Positions 10,387 to 19,541 of a DNA stretch of 64,000 nucleotides are shown one piece after another (position 1 is the stretch's first letter; every line of letters starts with the position of its first letter). The stretch comes from Myxococcota bacterium (GTDB lineage: Bacteria; Myxococcota; UBA4151). The DNA lies in contig JAYZBQ010000048.1 of assembly GCA_036338695.1 (NCBI GenBank), positions 96,001 through 160,000 of the forward strand, in the 5' to 3' direction. Under the pieces are notes generated by a model. The model ran no database searches. It was not told the origin of the DNA and saw nothing but the letters and a program-made list of their open reading frames with translations. Position numbers and translations under genes: made by a program.

Positions 10387-11149
10387 CAAGCACTCGCTGA
10401 ATGGCATCCACTGGAGAGTGATCAAGCGACCAACCGACACGCAAGACCGGAGTCTGGCGTAGCGCATCATACGCCCAGTCGAGGTCGTCAAAAAGATCAT
10501 CGCCGCGCAGCCGAATGAGCGCATTCGCCAGCGCAACGTGGGCGTCGTACCCGTCGACCCGCTCGATCGATGTGACCTGTTCATGAGCTGGCAGCAACAA
10601 CGCGGCGACCGGGACGCGATCCCAAAATGTCGGCAACCGCTCGCCCGGAACTAAGCACGCCTGAGCGTGGAGCGAGCGGTCAGCGGATGACAGCGCAAGG
10701 GCCTCATCGCCGAGCTCATCCCCGCCGAGCGCAGCGGTCAGTGTTGACTTCCCCGCGCCCGACAGTCCGATCGCAACCAGCGCGCCGTAGCCGGGTAGAT
10801 AGCGCCCCGCAGCGTGCGCCAGACGATCTCCACGCCGACGCAAAAAATGGGCGGATAAGCCCATGATACCATGTAAAATGGTGCGCGGTGCGCCGTGCCG
10901 AAGCGGCTGTCCGGGGAGCTCGGGATAGACCAAGGTGCCCTGATCAGTCACCGGGCCGAGCGCCAGCGTCTTGCCGCCACGGTGAGAGGACGCGCCGGGC
11001 CCAGCGACCAAGCGCGCATGCCACCAGTCTTGGTCTGTTCGGACTGGAAACCCCTCACAGAACGCTTGCGCAAGCGCTTGAGTCGTGTGGGCGTATCCCT
11101 CGAGCTCTAGGTCTAGATTAGCTGGACCCACACAGAAGGAACACGCCAC
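10373..11149 (-). CDS. HprK-related P-loop kinase-like protein
   Basis: LAHAAG, Walker A GLSGAGKSTL and LGDE acidic pair in HPr-kinase order; AGAGGG RBS 8 nt before the GTG. Confidence 0.75.
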   Translation of the reverse strand: MACSFCVGPANLDLELEGYAHTTQALAQAFCEGFPVRTDQDWWHARLVAGPGASSHRGGKTLALGPVTDQGTLVYPELPGQPLRHGAPRTILHGIMGLSAHFLRRRGDRLAHAAGRYLPGYGALVAIGLSGAGKSTLTAALGGDELGDEALALSSADRSLHAQACLVPGERLPTFWDRVPVAALLLPAHEQVTSIERVDGYDAHVALANALIRLRGDDLFDDLDWAYDALRQTPVLRVGWSLDHSPVDAIQRVLDAAR

Positions 11150-11161
11150 AGCGTTGACCCT

Positions 11162-11281
11162 CTAGAAGCCGCTCGCCAAAGCGTCTTGAACCAAAGGCTT
11201 CTCGTCCCGCACACGCGGCGGGTGATAGGCCTTTCGCTCTTCGTTACGCTTCGATTGGCTGTTCTTGTTCTTCTCGTTCAT
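11162..11281 (-). CDS. Putative RiPP-type precursor peptide, 39 aa (MNEKNKNSQSKRNEERKAYHPPRVRDEKPLVQDALASGF)
   Basis: Below the ORF-track cutoff; translated manually. AAGGGGG SD lies 5 nt before the ATG, directly after the upstream TAA. It fills the gap between two operon genes and carries a YxxP motif (KAYHPPRV) like RRE-binding leaders. Confidence 0.75.
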   Translation of the reverse strand: MNEKNKNSQSKRNEERKAYHPPRVRDEKPLVQDALASGF

Positions 11282-11291
11282 CGCTACCCCC

Positions 11292-14200
11292 TTAGTAACG
11301 CAGCCGCCAGGAACCACCGGACACGGTGCGTACAATCGCTAGATCCACGGCGCTGTCGCCGTTGGCGTCTGCACAGACACCAAGGCCCCAGCCCGACCCG
11401 ATATCGTATTCACGGTCCGAGCTCAGGTTGAAGTCGGCGCCGTTTTGGTGACCAAAGTAGACAAAGGCCCGTGTCTCTGCACCCAAGATCAAATCCTCGT
11501 AACCGTCACCGTTAAGATCGCATGAGCTCTGCTGGTTCGCATATTTAAAGCGCGGCGTCGTACCGGGAATCGGTAGGGTGACCGTCGCTTGAGCGTTGAG
11601 CGCATTGGCGCCCTCATAGATATACCACCAGTACGTCCCCTGGGTGGTGCCGTGGTTGACGATGAGGTCTTTCTTAGAGGTTCCCACGACGTTGCCGACG
11701 GTAATTCTAAAGCCCATCTGTCCAGTCGTCTGCTGCGCTCCAGCGATCGTCACGACATTCGGTGACGACGTCGTGTACGCCCCGCTCAGCCCGCCACCTT
11801 CGTTGCCGGTGATAACAAAGACACCGCCCGCTCGCGAGTTCAAGAAGGGCGCACCCAGCGCGACGTCTCCTGCGTTGTCGCCGACAAAGTCGTGGCCCGA
11901 GATGACCACGAGCCCTGCCCGTGACCCTGCGACCCCTACGAAGGTGGCGTCTGCGTCAGCCTGCACCACCGTGCCGCCAGCGGCGATGTCATCACCGTCA
12001 AAGAAGTAGGTGGTACCCGTCGACCCATTCAAGAGCGGCGCGGTCACCGCTAAGTCGACGGTCGCGTCGCCGAGCACCGAACCTTGCGCCGAGACCGAGT
12101 AACCGAAATAGCCCGTCCCTGTGCCTTGGATGGTCGTCGTAGGCGTCGCCGAGACCCCTTGTGCGCTGCCGTTGAAGACATACGCCTTACCACCGTCGGT
12201 GTTGCTGACTGTCGAAACGATCAACTCATCAAACCCGTCCTCGTTGAAGTCGGCGGTCGTACAGAAGTTCCCAAAGCGTCCCCCGGAGACCGTTCCTGGG
12301 AGAATCACAGGCGTGAGGTTCGCCGCGTTAGCAGCACCATAGTAGATGAACACGGCGCCCACGCTGACGCCATTGTTGACGTAATCTCGGTCGGTCACGA
12401 CCACGTCGTCGCGGCTGTCACCGTTAAAGTCGCCCTGGCAGATGTCCCAACCCCATTTGGCGCTCGTACCTGCGGGCTGGAACTCAGCCTGCGTGAGCTC
12501 GGTGTCCACCGAGATGATCGAGCTGTTCTCGATCGCGCCGAGGTTCCCGACATCATCGACGGCACGCGCCGCAATCGAGACGCTCGGGTCATCAAACGCA
12601 ACCCCTGCGATATCCACCTGAAAAGCGGCGCCCGCGGCCTGAGGCACCATCGCCTCGCTCGCCTGGGTTGCGCTGTTGAAGTTCCCTTCGGTGATCGCGT
12701 TGCCGCTGTGACGCACTTGGTAACCGGTCACCGTCCCGGTGTCCACGTCGTCGCCCGGTTCATTCCAGGTCAGGCGCACGGTGCCGGTGCGCTTGTCCTG
12801 TACGACGCCGTTGATCGTCATCGCGTCGGGTGCGACGACGTCGACGGTGGCGCTCAGGGACGTCTGCGCGGTGTTCCCCGCCGCATCCGTCGCCGTGAAC
12901 GTGATGGCGTGAATCAACCCACTGTTCAGGGTTGCGCCGGTGATCGTCACCGGTCCATCGGCGTTCACCGCGACCGTGCCGATCGTTGCGGTTTGATCGC
13001 TCACACCGCCAAGCGTTCCGCCGATGGCGCCGGTGACGGTGAAGGTGAACGAGGTGTTCAGCGGCGCCCCGCCTTGTTGGTCGTCAGCCAGCGTGTAGGT
13101 CGCCGGGCTAGCAGCGGGCGTCGTCATCTCGATCGTCGGCGCAGTGATGTCGACCACCACCGTCAGATCGGCGTTGGTCGTGTTGCCATCTTGCGTCACT
13201 GCGGCGCGCAAGCTGTGCGACCCTTCCGTCAGGGTGATCGGTCCGATGGTCACCGCACCGTTCGCGACGATACCGGTCCCTAACGGGTTACCATTTTCGC
13301 TCAAGGTGACGGTCTGTCCAGCCGCGTCTGAGCTCAGCGCAAACGTGTACTGGAGACCGTTGGCGCCGTTGTCTAGGTCATCGCTGGCGTTGAGGTTCGC
13401 TGGGTTCGAGTCAGGCGTCGTAAAGAGCAAGGTGGGCGCCACCAAGCTGAGTGAGATCGGGACCCCAGCGCTTGTCGACTCGTTACCGCTCGTGTCCGAG
13501 ACGACGGCGGTCAGGGTCTGATCGCCCTCGAGCAAGGTGCAGCGAATGACGAGGTCCTGTCCGGTCGTCTGCGACGTACAGCGCTCGCCCCCGACGGTGC
13601 TGCGAACGCTGACGGTCTGACCGTTCTCAACCTGGCTTGCGCTCACGGTCACGTCCGTCTGAAACCCAGCCGCCTGATCGTCGGCGTCGTTATCATCGCC
13701 AAAGCTCGCGTTCGCTGCAGGGCTCGTGACAGCGACGACCGGCGCGATCGAATCCACGGTCACCACCACCGCCTCACTCGTCGTGGCGTTCCCGGCTTCA
13801 TCGGTGGCGACCGCGGTCAACGTGACGGCGCCCTCGGGCAAGGTCACCGCGGCGCTCGCAGCGCCGTTGGCGACGTTCGCCGTGGCGAGCTCGGCGTCAC
13901 CATTTCGGATGCTCACGCTGGTGCCGTCTTCGGCGTCGGTGCTCACCGTGATGGTGGTTTGCAGTCCGTCAGTCTGAGGGTCGGTGTCGGCGCTGGCGAG
14001 CAGCGTGGCGCCGTTCGCAGGCGACGTGATCGCCGAGGTCGGTGCGGTCACATCCACACGGACCACCATACCCGCTCCAGGATCGTTGATGTTCCCTGCA
14101 GCGTCTGCGACGCGCAAGGTGACGGTGTGATCTCCGTCGCCCAAGCTGCCGGCGACCGTGGCCGTCCCGTCGACGATACCGCCCGTGCCTGCCGGCGTGT

Positions 14201-17200
14201 TCGGCGCAGGGTTGTTCGTCAGCATGGTCACCGTGGCGTTCTCAGCCTGCCCGGCAACGGTGGCAGCGCAACTACCCTGCCAACCTGCGGTGTTCGGGTC
14301 CGCGTCTTCAGCCTTGTTGAACACGAGGAATCCAGCTTGTTGCGCGCCGTCATCGCCCGCCCAAGTGCAGTCACTGATGGTCGGGCGTGTCAGGTCGACC
14401 GTGATCGAGACCGTATCCGTCGCCGAGTTGATCCCGTCGTCCACGCGCGCCGTCAGGGTCTGAGTCCCCTCAACCACCGTCACGTTCGGAATCTCAATGG
14501 TCGCCGCAGCGAGCTGGCCCGAGCCGATCACCTGGTCATTGCTGTCGAGCACTTGGACCGTCGTGCCCAGCTGGACACCTTGAACACCCATCCGCAGAAC
14601 GATCTGAAAGCCAGCGAGTTGACCGTTGGTGTCTTCGTTGATGCCAAAGAGGGCATCTGCGCCCGGACTAAAGATATCGATGGTCGGCGCCGTACCGTCG
14701 ACCTCGACGTTGACCACATCGCTCGTCTCAGTGTTGCCAACGGCGTCTGTTGCGCGGGCGCTGATCTGCCGCTGACCATCAGCGAGCGTCACACCGACAA
14801 AGGTTGCGCTCAACGCGGCGCCGGTCGTCCCGGCCACTTGATCATCGACAAGGAGCGCGATCTGTGAGCCCTCGGCGGCGCCCGTCGTCGCGACGTCGAC
14901 GTCGTACTGAAGCCCCTCAACAAAATTATTGGCGTCATCTTCGGCGCCGAGCTGCGCGTTGTTCTGCGGATCCGTGACCGACACCGTCGGACCGACTCGG
15001 TCAACGACGACCGCCACGTTGGCGCCTCCTGCGTTTCCAGCGAGATCCGTCGCGGCGACGGTCAAGGTGACCTCACTGTTCGGGTCGTTCACCTCGTCCG
15101 CCAGCGCCACAGCGCTGAACGTAAAAGAGCAGTTATCACCCGGCGCAAAACTCGTTCGCACGATGCCATCCGCGCTCACACCGCCGCCCGCAACGGACAA
15201 CGTCGCTGTGGGGTTGGCGCCCTCAACCGTACACGCTCCATCAGCCGCAGCTGAGACCACGATGTTCCGACGATAACGGTTCCCTTGGGTCGAGTCCGGC
15301 GCGTCCGACGCCGTGTACACGTTCGCGCCGTTGACTTGCGGTATACCAGTAAAGGTGAGCACAGGAGCCGTCTGGTCGACCGTGACCGTCGAAGCCGCCG
15401 AGACCACCGGATCGCGCCCTTGGAACGGACACGTCGCCACCAACGACCAGGCGCCCTCAGCGCCTAGGTTCAAGGTCCCAAAATCAATCGTCCCGTTCGC
15501 CGCAGCGCTTGCGTTTGCGGTCACGTCTTGCTGACCTTGCAAGCTCGCCACCACCGAACACGATGCGCCCTCAGCGGCGTTACTCGAGGCGGTCACATCG
15601 ACCGGGTTGGCGTTGGTCCGTGCGCCGTCGTTGGGTGTCAAAATGCGCACGAAAGGCTGCCCGGTCGTCACCGTCACGATGGCGTCCGCCGTCGCCGTGT
15701 TACCGGCTCGGTCGATCACGGTCGCCGACACCCGGTTCTCACCCTCAAGCAAGGTAAAGCCAACGTCGTTGTTGGTGAAATTGGCGACCGTTGCGCCGTT
15801 TGCGTCGACGGTTGCGCCATTGATCACCGCGCCGTTGAGGCGCATCGTCACCGCTTGACCGACCGGCTCGTTGGTCACGACCACTCGGAAACCATACTGA
15901 AACCCGTTGCTGACGTCAGCGCCCCAATCGAGGTTGAGATTCTGCGTTGCGTTGAGGGTGCCGTCTGCCACCACATCACGCACGCTGCCGCCCGCGCTGC
16001 CATCCAGACCGAGGAGCGCCACGCCCGGCGCCGTGGCGTCCAAGGTCACGCTGACGCTCGCCTGAGGCGCAGGATTCCCTGCGCGATCCGACACATCCGC
16101 TGTGATCGTGTAGACACCGTCTTGGGCGCCCCAGGAGACGTTCTCGACCAGCGCGCGACCGTTTTCATCCACCGTCGGCGCAGGATCGATCGCAGCGCCA
16201 CCGTTAACGGAGATCGTGACCGGCTGACCGACCTCTGCATCCGTGATCGCCAGCTCAATGCTGGAGCTCCCGGACGCCACAACGGCGCCATCCACGGGCG
16301 ACGCAAAGGTGATCGTCGGCGCAGTGCCATCGACGTTCAGGTTGAGCGCCTCAGAGGGAAGGGCGCGGTTACCGTCACCGCCACGCGTCACCGCTCCGGC
16401 TCGGATACCCCACAAGCCGTCGGGCAAGGTCAACCGCACACCGCCGACGCCTGTGTCGTTATCACTCGCCGCAGGTTCAGCCAGCGCGCTGGCGACCCAC
16501 GGACCGGTGGCGTTGCCTTGATCATCGAGCGTCTGCAGCTCGCAGTACACCCTTGGGTCCAGCGAGGAGATCGTGGAAAAGTTGGCGATCGACACCGCGC
16601 AGTCGAGCTGAAACCCTTCAAGCTGCGGGTCGGCGTCTGCAGCGGCGAGTACGGCGCCGGACTGAGCTGGCTGCACCAGGGTCACGACGGGCACCGTGAT
16701 GTCCACCTCGACCTCACGGGTGGCGGTCGCAGGGTTCCCTGCGGCGTCCGAGGTCGAGACGGTAAGCGTCTGATTTCCGGCGGGCAGCCGAACGTCAAGG
16801 CTGGCGACGCCAAGCTCACTCGGAGCGGCCGAGACCGCGCCCGCCTCATCGTCCCCGACACGCGCCGTGACCAACGACACATCCGCATAGTTCGTCAGGC
16901 GCACTTGCAGGCGATAGGTGAGCTCGTCGAGCGGGTTCCCATCTTGGTCGTCTGACGCGGTCAGCACCGTGCGGCTGTCCGCCGAGAGCCCGACAACCTC
17001 TATGCCAGGGGCGAGGGTGTCGACCAGATGAACCTGTCGCAGCGAGGAGCCCTGGTTGCGCGAACCCGATTGGTCCGTCACGACTGCGGTAAAGCTCTGC
17101 AGGTCTTGGTTGTTGGCGCTCTGGGCGAGGACGATCCGGAGCGTGGCGCTGCCGTCGTCGCCGATCGCGCCCGTGACCGGCTCGGCGCCGACCGGGATCG

Positions 17201-18095
17201 TTACGGTCGAGCCTGCACCGCAACGAGTCGAGCTGACGACCACGTCCACGTCGGCGACCTCAGGCGTGCTCGGGTCGGCGTCATTCGCTGCGAGCACCGG
17301 CGTTCCGTTGACCGGAGCGGTCACCGCCACGTCACAGCGCCCGGTGTCCACCTCAAGCTCGAGCGTCGCCGTACCAGCCTGGTCTTGATCGAGCAGAACG
17401 TAGGTGGTCAGGCGTGCGGCACCCTCTGGAAGGCTGACGTTGTTGAACGTGGCGCTGCCGCCTTGCAACGTCTCCGAGAGCGCGCTGGCTGCGCCGTCCA
17501 CGTTGAGCCCGACGGTCAAGCCATCGACTACGCCATCGCCCGCACAGCTCACGCCGATATGGGTCTGAAATCCAGCGTTGATGACGTCGAGGTCATCGCT
17601 AAGCGTAGCGCCCGCCACCAGCTCGGGACCTCCCGTAGCCTGCGTGAAGCGGCACTTTGGACCACCCGGCGCCACGACAGAAAAGTTGGCCGTCGTGACC
17701 ACATCCGCGCCGAAGTTATGCGTCAACGTCGCCTCGAGCTCGTTGGTTCCGCTGACGAGCGTGACTCCCTCGATGGTCCCGCTCCTGCTGGTGCTGTCGC
17801 CTCCTAGGCTGACCTCTTGCGCCGACCCGTCGACGTCACTTTTGTTCACCAAACGAACCGTGACCGAGTCATCGCTGGCGTTGAGCCCGACGGCGCGCAA
17901 CCGGACAGCGATCTGGACGCCCGGCGTGCTCGGGTCCACATCATCAGCAGCCTGAATACGAGCGCCTGGATTCGGAGAGACAAACGCTAAGCCGACGATG
18001 TTGGTCGGCGCCTCTTCACAGGCGCAACCGCCAAAACTCATTGTACTGAGCAAGGCAGCGCCCGCTAGCAATCGAACAGGAGCAAGCCGAAGCAT
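11292..18095 (-). CDS. Giant surface lipoprotein/adhesin: about 16 Ig-like repeats, an FN3-like domain and a C-terminal FG-GAP (integrin-alpha-like) propeller
   Basis: GGAGG RBS before ATG 18095; lipobox-like FGGC; repeated DxTAP...DxAGN units of about 100 aa; LTWNEPGDD...YQVR FN3-like segment; GDFNGDSRDD, ADFNEDGFDE, DLNGDGYEDL and GAP repeats. Confidence 0.9.
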   Translation of the reverse strand: MLRLAPVRLLAGAALLSTMSFGGCACEEAPTNIVGLAFVSPNPGARIQAADDVDPSTPGVQIAVRLRAVGLNASDDSVTVRLVNKSDVDGSAQEVSLGGDSTSRSGTIEGVTLVSGTNELEATLTHNFGADVVTTANFSVVAPGGPKCRFTQATGGPELVAGATLSDDLDVINAGFQTHIGVSCAGDGVVDGLTVGLNVDGAASALSETLQGGSATFNNVSLPEGAARLTTYVLLDQDQAGTATLELEVDTGRCDVAVTAPVNGTPVLAANDADPSTPEVADVDVVVSSTRCGAGSTVTIPVGAEPVTGAIGDDGSATLRIVLAQSANNQDLQSFTAVVTDQSGSRNQGSSLRQVHLVDTLAPGIEVVGLSADSRTVLTASDDQDGNPLDELTYRLQVRLTNYADVSLVTARVGDDEAGAVSAAPSELGVASLDVRLPAGNQTLTVSTSDAAGNPATATREVEVDITVPVVTLVQPAQSGAVLAAADADPQLEGFQLDCAVSIANFSTISSLDPRVYCELQTLDDQGNATGPWVASALAEPAASDNDTGVGGVRLTLPDGLWGIRAGAVTRGGDGNRALPSEALNLNVDGTAPTITFASPVDGAVVASGSSSIELAITDAEVGQPVTISVNGGAAIDPAPTVDENGRALVENVSWGAQDGVYTITADVSDRAGNPAPQASVSVTLDATAPGVALLGLDGSAGGSVRDVVADGTLNATQNLNLDWGADVSNGFQYGFRVVVTNEPVGQAVTMRLNGAVINGATVDANGATVANFTNNDVGFTLLEGENRVSATVIDRAGNTATADAIVTVTTGQPFVRILTPNDGARTNANPVDVTASSNAAEGASCSVVASLQGQQDVTANASAAANGTIDFGTLNLGAEGAWSLVATCPFQGRDPVVSAASTVTVDQTAPVLTFTGIPQVNGANVYTASDAPDSTQGNRYRRNIVVSAAADGACTVEGANPTATLSVAGGGVSADGIVRTSFAPGDNCSFTFSAVALADEVNDPNSEVTLTVAATDLAGNAGGANVAVVVDRVGPTVSVTDPQNNAQLGAEDDANNFVEGLQYDVDVATTGAAEGSQIALLVDDQVAGTTGAALSATFVGVTLADGQRQISARATDAVGNTETSDVVNVEVDGTAPTIDIFSPGADALFGINEDTNGQLAGFQIVLRMGVQGVQLGTTVQVLDSNDQVIGSGQLAAATIEIPNVTVVEGTQTLTARVDDGINSATDTVSITVDLTRPTISDCTWAGDDGAQQAGFLVFNKAEDADPNTAGWQGSCAATVAGQAENATVTMLTNNPAPNTPAGTGGIVDGTATVAGSLGDGDHTVTLRVADAAGNINDPGAGMVVRVDVTAPTSAITSPANGATLLASADTDPQTDGLQTTITVSTDAEDGTSVSIRNGDAELATANVANGAASAAVTLPEGAVTLTAVATDEAGNATTSEAVVVTVDSIAPVVAVTSPAANASFGDDNDADDQAAGFQTDVTVSASQVENGQTVSVRSTVGGERCTSQTTGQDLVIRCTLLEGDQTLTAVVSDTSGNESTSAGVPISLSLVAPTLLFTTPDSNPANLNASDDLDNGANGLQYTFALSSDAAGQTVTLSENGNPLGTGIVANGAVTIGPITLTEGSHSLRAAVTQDGNTTNADLTVVVDITAPTIEMTTPAASPATYTLADDQQGGAPLNTSFTFTVTGAIGGTLGGVSDQTATIGTVAVNADGPVTITGATLNSGLIHAITFTATDAAGNTAQTSLSATVDVVAPDAMTINGVVQDKRTGTVRLTWNEPGDDVDTGTVTGYQVRHSGNAITEGNFNSATQASEAMVPQAAGAAFQVDIAGVAFDDPSVSIAARAVDDVGNLGAIENSSIISVDTELTQAEFQPAGTSAKWGWDICQGDFNGDSRDDVVVTDRDYVNNGVSVGAVFIYYGAANAANLTPVILPGTVSGGRFGNFCTTADFNEDGFDELIVSTVSNTDGGKAYVFNGSAQGVSATPTTTIQGTGTGYFGYSVSAQGSVLGDATVDLAVTAPLLNGSTGTTYFFDGDDIAAGGTVVQADADATFVGVAGSRAGLVVISGHDFVGDNAGDVALGAPFLNSRAGGVFVITGNEGGGLSGAYTTSSPNVVTIAGAQQTTGQMGFRITVGNVVGTSKKDLIVNHGTTQGTYWWYIYEGANALNAQATVTLPIPGTTPRFKYANQQSSCDLNGDGYEDLILGAETRAFVYFGHQNGADFNLSSDREYDIGSGWGLGVCADANGDSAVDLAIVRTVSGGSWRLRY

Positions 18096-18106
18096 GCAGA
18101 CCTCCT

Positions 18107-18394
18107 TTATTCCGCCCATGTGATCAGACCTCGCCGGTGCAAATCATCTACAAACACCTTCAAGTCCTTCAAAGCGGTCTCTTCTGAAACGTTGAACTCT
18201 TCCGTGATCGCCGCTGCGACCCCCCGAAGTGTAGCGCAGCCGTCGAATCGCTGAAATGCAAAACTGCCGACCTCACTCAATCTCCGTATGCAAGCGTCGG
18301 AACTCGTCACCACCAGGACCTCTCCATCATACGCCCGCCAGCTGACCCGGCTTGGGATGACCGGGACGCGCTGGTCGCTTTGCGATGGGTCCAT
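18107..18394 (-). CDS. PqqD-family protein (RiPP recognition element)
   Basis: 95 aa with the typical PqqD pattern: WRxxDGEVLV, LSEVGSFxFxxFDG, 'EEFNVSEETALKDLKVFVDDLHRRGLI'; AAGGGG RBS. Confidence 0.9.
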   Translation of the reverse strand: MDPSQSDQRVPVIPSRVSWRAYDGEVLVVTSSDACIRRLSEVGSFAFQRFDGCATLRGVAAAITEEFNVSEETALKDLKVFVDDLHRRGLITWAE

Positions 18395-18452
18395 GGCTCA
18401 GCCCCTTGCTACGCAAGGCGAACGTTGCCGCAGCGACTCGCCGGTGTCAAAA

Positions 18453-19541
18453 TCACAATGAGGACCCGAGCGCCGAACGAACCGCGCGCTCGACGCCCTG
18501 CAGATCGGGCGTCCCGGACCACAATCGAACCACGCGCCCCTGGGGGCCGATCAGCGCCAAGGTCGGATACACAGTGATCCCGACGGCGTCCGCCCACGCG
18601 CCGCGGTCCACCAAAACCCGAAGCTCGGGCGCCCTATCCGATTGGTATTTCTTTATATTTTTTAGCAGCTCAGGGTGCGGTTGACCGCGCCCCTCAACGT
18701 TGACCAGCAGCAACTCAAAGCGCGGATCTTGGACCGACCGCTTGAGCTGGCTCAGACCGGGCAGCAAGCGCTTACAAGCGCCGCACCAAGTCGTCCAAAA
18801 CTCCACTAAGGTTACCCGGCCACGCAGGCCTGCCGGATGCCAGTCTCCGCCCCCAATTTCAGGCGTTACGACCAAGCGGTCGATGAGCTGGTCACCCGCT
18901 ACCGCAGGGGTCCAACTGGCGTACGCGCGCCAGGCAGCAGGCGCCGAGACGATCAGCGCGATCGCAAGGCTGATGCGCACAGCCAGCAGCAAACGTCGCG
19001 TCCCGCCGCCAAAGCGGCGACTAACCAACCAGCCAAGCAACCCGCTCAGGACGACAAAGGCGACCGCAACCGTCCACTGCTCCGGGCGCCAGCGACCCAA
19101 CTCGGTCACCCCGCGGTACGCAGGCAAGTACCCCAACACCCCCTCGGCAAAATCAAAATAACTCCGAGTTGAGGGCAAATGAGACAAAACGAAGACAATA
19201 CGAATCCAAATGAGCGCAAAAGCATAACCCAACCAAACCGAGGAACCCGCTGCAGCCAGGCGGTCCATGCGGGTCCCATCTGAGCGCTCATTGAGCTGCG
19301 TGAGACGCTGAAGCAAGGCACCCAACACCAGCAACGCAACCCAATCGGTAACCACCGGGTAGGCTAATCGGCTGACCATGCCATGGACCGGCGCAAACCA
19401 GTCGCGCCGAAACAAGGCGGCTAGGTAGCCTAAGGAGGTGGCTTGCATCAGGATATTGACCGCGAGCAGATCACCGAAGCCTAACGGTAGCGGGGCGGCG
19501 CCTTTTGGCTTATCCAACACACCCAAGATGGATCGACTCAT
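18453..19541 (-). CDS. Multi-TM membrane protein with a C-terminal TlpA-like thioredoxin domain (start uncertain)
   Basis: Several hydrophobic segments, then [18 protein letters not shown] and the YPT cis-Pro motif. The longer ORF-track start overlaps the aspartate kinase gene and is unlikely. Confidence 0.8.
   Translation of the reverse strand: MSRSILGVLDKPKGAAPLPLGFGDLLAVNILMQATSLGYLAALFRRDWFAPVHGMVSRLAYPVVTDWVALLVLGALLQRLTQLNERSDGTRMDRLAAAGSSVWLGYAFALIWIRIVFVLSHLPSTRSYFDFAEGVLGYLPAYRGVTELGRWRPEQWTVAVAFVVLSGLLGWLVSRRFGGGTRRLLLAVRISLAIALIVSAPAAWRAYASWTPAVAGDQLIDRLVVTPEIGGGDWHPAGLRGRVTLVEFWTTWCGACKRLLPGLSQLKRSVQDPRFELLLVNVEGRGQPHPELLKNIKKYQSDRAPELRVLVDRGAWADAVGITVYPTLALIGPQGRVVRLWSGTPDLQGVERAVRSALGSSL

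Noticed and set aside
10373..11281. The precursor's TAG stop is in frame with the downstream kinase (possible amber readthrough or fusion)
   Set aside because: In-frame placement has a 1-in-3 chance, the kinase has its own AGAGGG RBS and GTG, TAG is used as a normal stop elsewhere in the window, and no pyl genes are seen.
12084..17955. Long plus-strand ORFs (399, 302, 475, 259 aa) opposite the giant gene, and similar antisense ORFs throughout
   Set aside because: Typical high-GC shadow frames with no recognisable motifs, fully overlapping well-supported genes.
9406..18394. Lasso peptide or PQQ biosynthesis cluster
   Set aside because: No asparagine-synthetase-like cyclase, transglutaminase-like B2 protease or pqqB/C/E. 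The peptide lacks a lasso core and the PqqA ExxxY motif.
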